From Macrostomum lignano (taxonomy: Eukaryota): a stretch of DNA of 64,000 nt. Every line of letters starts with the position of its first letter. Position 1 is the first letter of the stretch. Where the stretch lies: positions 124,001 through 188,000 of the forward strand of contig NIVC01001620.1 of the NCBI GenBank assembly GCA_002269645.1. Direction: 5' to 3'. Made by a program: the position numbers and the translations under genes. The notes below the pieces were generated by a model. It was not told where the DNA came from, searched no databases, and saw only the letters and a program-made list of their open reading frames with translations. Below are positions 60,545 to 64,000 of this stretch, in pieces.

Positions 60545-61560
60545 CTACTATCATCCCCGACACACCCCACTATCTTACCAAACCCACACCCTACTACCAT
60601 CCACAACCCACACCCCACTATCTTACCAAACCCACACCCCACTATCTTACCAAACCCACACCCCACTACCATCCACAACCCACACCTCAGCTGCCATCCA
60701 CAACCCACACCCCAACTACCATCGACAACCCACACCCTAACTACCATCCCCAACCCACACCCCAACTACCATCCACAACCCACACCCCAACTACCATCCA
60801 CAACCCACACCCCACTACCATCCTCAACCCACCCACTACCATCCACAACCCACACCCCACTACCATCCACAACCCACACCCTAACTGCCATCCACAACCC
60901 ACACCCCACTACCATCCACAACCCACACCCCACTACCATTCACAACCCACACCCCACTACCATCCACAACCCACACCCCACTACCATCCACAATCCACAC
61001 CCCACTACCATCCTCAACCCACACCCTAACTACCATCCACAACCCACACCCCACTACCATCCCCAACCCACACCCCAACTACCATCCCCAACCCACACCC
61101 CAACTACCATCCACAACCCACACCCCAACTACCATCCACAACCCACACCCCACTACCATCCTCAACCCACCCACTACCATCCACAACCCACACCCCACTA
61201 CCATCCACAACCCACACCCTAACTGCCATCCACAACCCACACCCCACTACCATCCACAACCCACACCCCACTACCATTCACAACCCACACCCCACTACCA
61301 TCCACAACCCACACCCCACTACCATCCACAATCCACACCCCACTACCATCCTCAACCCACCCCACTACCATCCACAACCCACACCCCACTACCATCCTCA
61401 ACCCACCCCACTACCATCCACAACCCACACCCCACTACCATCCACAACCCACACCCTAACTGCCATCCACAACCCACACCCCACTACCATCCACAACCCA
61501 CACCCCACCACCATTCACAACCCACACCCCACTACCATCCACAACCCACACCCCACTACC
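60545..61560. repeat. ~24-bp C/A-rich tandem array (CCACACCCCACTACCATCCACAAC)
   Basis: Direct inspection; the minus strand is G/T-rich. Confidence 0.93.
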
Positions 61561-62234
61561 ACTCGAAGCTTGAGCTGCGCATATACTTGTTCGCTCACCT
61601 AATTATATTGGCGAGGTGAGGCGCTATTGTTTTGTACAAAAATTGAAATAATGCTCTTTGATTGCTTGCAAAGACAGTGTTGCTTCTTTGCTCCCGTTTT
61701 TCTAAACTAAATTAAAAAATCCATATTTCGACTATAAGCATAGGCATGTTTCACGGCGGATAAAGCATGTACCATCATATATTACTGTGCGTCTCTATTT
61801 AAAAATTTTGCGCGTATTATAAGAAAATTGATGTACTTTTCTTGCTTACCAGGAGTATTTGATGTCGAACGCCAGTCTAGAAGCTGTAAGCAAAAATCAA
61901 CTGTGCAAAATTTTAGTAAGCAGCCTATACAGTTTAAAATAGAGTAGAAAAAATAATTAAGTGCGCTCATCAGTCTGTCACAAATAGTTGGATTCTTAAC
62001 CAATGCTGCTTGGTGTAATATTATACACAATCTTGTTGACCCCTTATTACAAATATATGCTGCTACTACTACAATGTTTTTTATTTATTACCTTATCAAT
62101 TATGTTATTAGTAGCTGTATACTGTCTTTGAACTGGCCTTCATTTTTTTGATGGTTCCTGATTTATATACATCTAGTATAATATTCTATAGACCCTTCAA
62201 GCTTTCAAGCATTCATAGAAGCTCAGAGTGTAGC

Positions 62235-62467
62235 TGTAACGCTAATATTGTGTAGCCTAATTATCAGTGTAATATTTTATTCCTTGCCTTAGAGGCAGTC
62301 TAAACTGTTAGCAATCGTGACAAATAATTAGCTGAATCATCGTATTGATTTAATGTACGTTCGCTCTCTATGTACATCGCAGGCTTAACTTCAACTTACA
62401 TAGATAAAGCGATCACGGCCTCACGGGGCCTTCGTGTTTTTGGTGCTGCCAAATACCGCGTGTTACA
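62235..62467 (+). mobile_element. 5' LTR (233 bp) of a Ty3/Gypsy-like retrotransposon
   Basis: TGTAAC...GTTACA termini, followed closely by a PBS and gag. Confidence 0.8.
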
Positions 62468-62469
62468 AG

Positions 62470-62481
62470 TGGTAGCAGAGC
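62470..62481 (+). promoter_or_regulatory. Primer-binding site, tRNA-iMet type (TGGTAGCAGAGC)
   Basis: Complementary to the animal initiator-Met tRNA 3' end; 2 nt after the LTR. Confidence 0.78.
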
Positions 62482-62486
62482 GTACT

Positions 62487-63122
62487 ATGGCAGAGGGCGG
62501 CAGTCACCGTGCGATTCCTAGGGCGTTCAGCTCAGGCAACTTTAAGGAGTGGCTCCAGCGGTTTGAGTTGTGCGCGGCAGCCAACAAGTGGGTAAATGAC
62601 AAGCATTTGCACCTGCCAACGTTTTTGGATGGTGAGGCTCTGGCTGTTTTTCTTGAGCTCGACGAGAATAGCAAGAGCGACTACAGCAAAGTGACCAAAG
62701 CTCTGAGCCAGGCATTTCACCCGGACAGCCAGCAATTCTCAGCGCTGGATGCATTCGAGAGCCGGAAGCTGCTGCCGGGCGAATCTCCTCGGCTCTTTCT
62801 CTATCACCTGAAGCAGCTGCTAAAGGACGCTGGCATCAGCGAGGCAGGCGCAACGGCCACCATGCTGACTCACCAGTTCATCCGCGGACTGCCGGTGGAC
62901 ATCAGCAAGCAGATCAGAGCGGACGCGTCAGCCAAGACCGTGAGTGACGCTCTCGCACGGGCACAACTGCTACTGGAGCTGCCTTCTGCCACCACGGACG
63001 GATTCAAGCAGCCTCTTGCAGCGGCAGCCGGAGCTGCAGGCAGCGCGGAGACGGCAGAACTGAGGGCTGCGGTCAGCTCGCTGCAGGCGACGGTCCAAGA
63101 CCTGGCGGCGAAGCTGGGCTCT
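62487..63122 (+). CDS. Ty3/Gypsy gag (capsid-like), truncated by a LINE insertion
   Basis: FKEWLQRFELCAAANKW..LPTFLDGEALAVF..QFIRGLP gag pattern; the sequence switches abruptly to a LINE tail at 63123. Confidence 0.85.
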
Positions 63123-64000
63123 GACTTACTTGACTTAGCTGAAGGGTGGTCCGTAGACACAGCGGGGAGGCGAGGGTCGCCCATTCCGCTAGCCCCTGAA
63201 GGCCCGCAGACAGGCAGAGGCGTGGGGCCGGTCAGGATGGTCCGCCGGTCCGTCCTGCAGCGTGATCATCCGTTGGGAAGAAACTGGCTCGTCTAGTCGC
63301 CCGAAGGAACTGGATGAGCCGTGGAATGCTGTCGGGCTGGCAAACCTCGTCAATGGACGGGTTCGGCCCGAGGTAGCGTAGCCGGTCTCTGTTAAAGAAA
63401 GGGCAGTGACAGACAAAGTGCTGAGCATCTTCATTGTCGCACTCGCAAAAGGGGCAAATTTCGCTCTCGAGGTCGCCTCGGAGGAAGCAGTGCCTGGCGA
63501 GGTAGCCATGGCCGGTAAGGGTCATGACAAGGGCTCGAATATCCTTCCGATTCTGGTTCAGAAGGATGTTTCTGAGCCTGTGAGACGGGCAAGGAACCGC
63601 GGCACGAGATTGCCGGCAGTTTTGGGTGCCCGCCCATCTGTCCCTGTGGAGGGAGTCAGCCCAGTCGTCGATCTGACGATTGATGACTGTCAAGGGCATA
63701 GGGACCAGGGGGGCAGGGCCGAAGAAAGAGCCAGAGCCGCCCCTCTTGGCGAGGGTGTCTGCCAGCTCGTTCCCCGGAAACCCTGCGTGCCCTGGGATCC
63801 ACTTCAGCCTGACAGTATTGCTTCTGGCCAGGAGGTTGAGCTGCCGGGCGCAGTCGGCGACTGTCCGGGAGTTCGTTGTGGTGTGGCAAAGGGCCTGTAA
63901 GGCCGCTTGGCTGTCGGAGTGGATGACAATAGTCTTTCCTCTCGTAACCTTGGCGTTCAGCTCTGCAGCGCAAGAGCTGATGGCAAGGACTTCGTTCTGG
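63123..64000 (-). mobile_element. 3' end of a second RNase H LINE (same clade as 1-2220, diverged), antisense within gag; ORF2 open 64000-63232
   Basis: HSDSQAA, WIPGHAGFPGNELADTLAK, LTGHG..CPFC..HFVCHCP; tail TAAGTCAAGTAAGTC on the minus strand. Confidence 0.9.

Noticed and set aside
60460-61029. Extensin-like Pro/His/Thr ORF
   Set aside because: Translation of the C/A-rich array; frame slips between units and no splice support.
62370-62486. ORF-track N-terminal extension of gag
   Set aside because: Lies in the LTR/PBS; the plausible start is ATG 62487. The 63123-63296 tail of that ORF is antisense LINE sequence.
1-64000. U12-type introns to go with the U11 gene
   Set aside because: No convincing RTATCCTT donor at any inferred exon boundary; all introns called here are GT-AG or GC-AG.

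Overview
Eukaryotic (metazoan) genomic DNA: GC-rich, Ala/Ser/Gln-rich exons separated by AT-rich, repeat-laden introns. The style is reminiscent of the flatworm Macrostomum, which is an inference only. Host genes: CWF19L2 (+, 2 coding exons, GC-AG intron), a U11 minor-spliceosome snRNA (+, 18213-18349), MICU1 (-, 3 exons), an orphan acidic-repeat/RRM-like gene (-, 3 exons), ELL (-, 3 exons), the 3' exons of an unidentified gene (+, 52011-54009) and a GSE1/Plexus-like Cys-repeat gene (+). Mobile DNA: RNase H-containing LINEs at both window ends, the right one inserted in a Ty3/Gypsy gag; a complete 9.6-kb CMC/EnSpm (CACTA-type) transposon with a transposase, a BEN-like gene and an orphan cargo ORF, nested in a Helitron-like repeat inside the CWF19L2 intron; several non-autonomous Helitron-like elements and MITEs; and a 2.1-kb insert carrying a spliced RGG/zinc-knuckle minigene between 241-bp direct repeats. 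Most introns are filled by their own minisatellite. A CpG-depleted domain (~34-52.5 kb) suggests historical methylation. All exon boundaries were read by eye from GT(GC)-AG sites plus frame and homology, not from transcripts.
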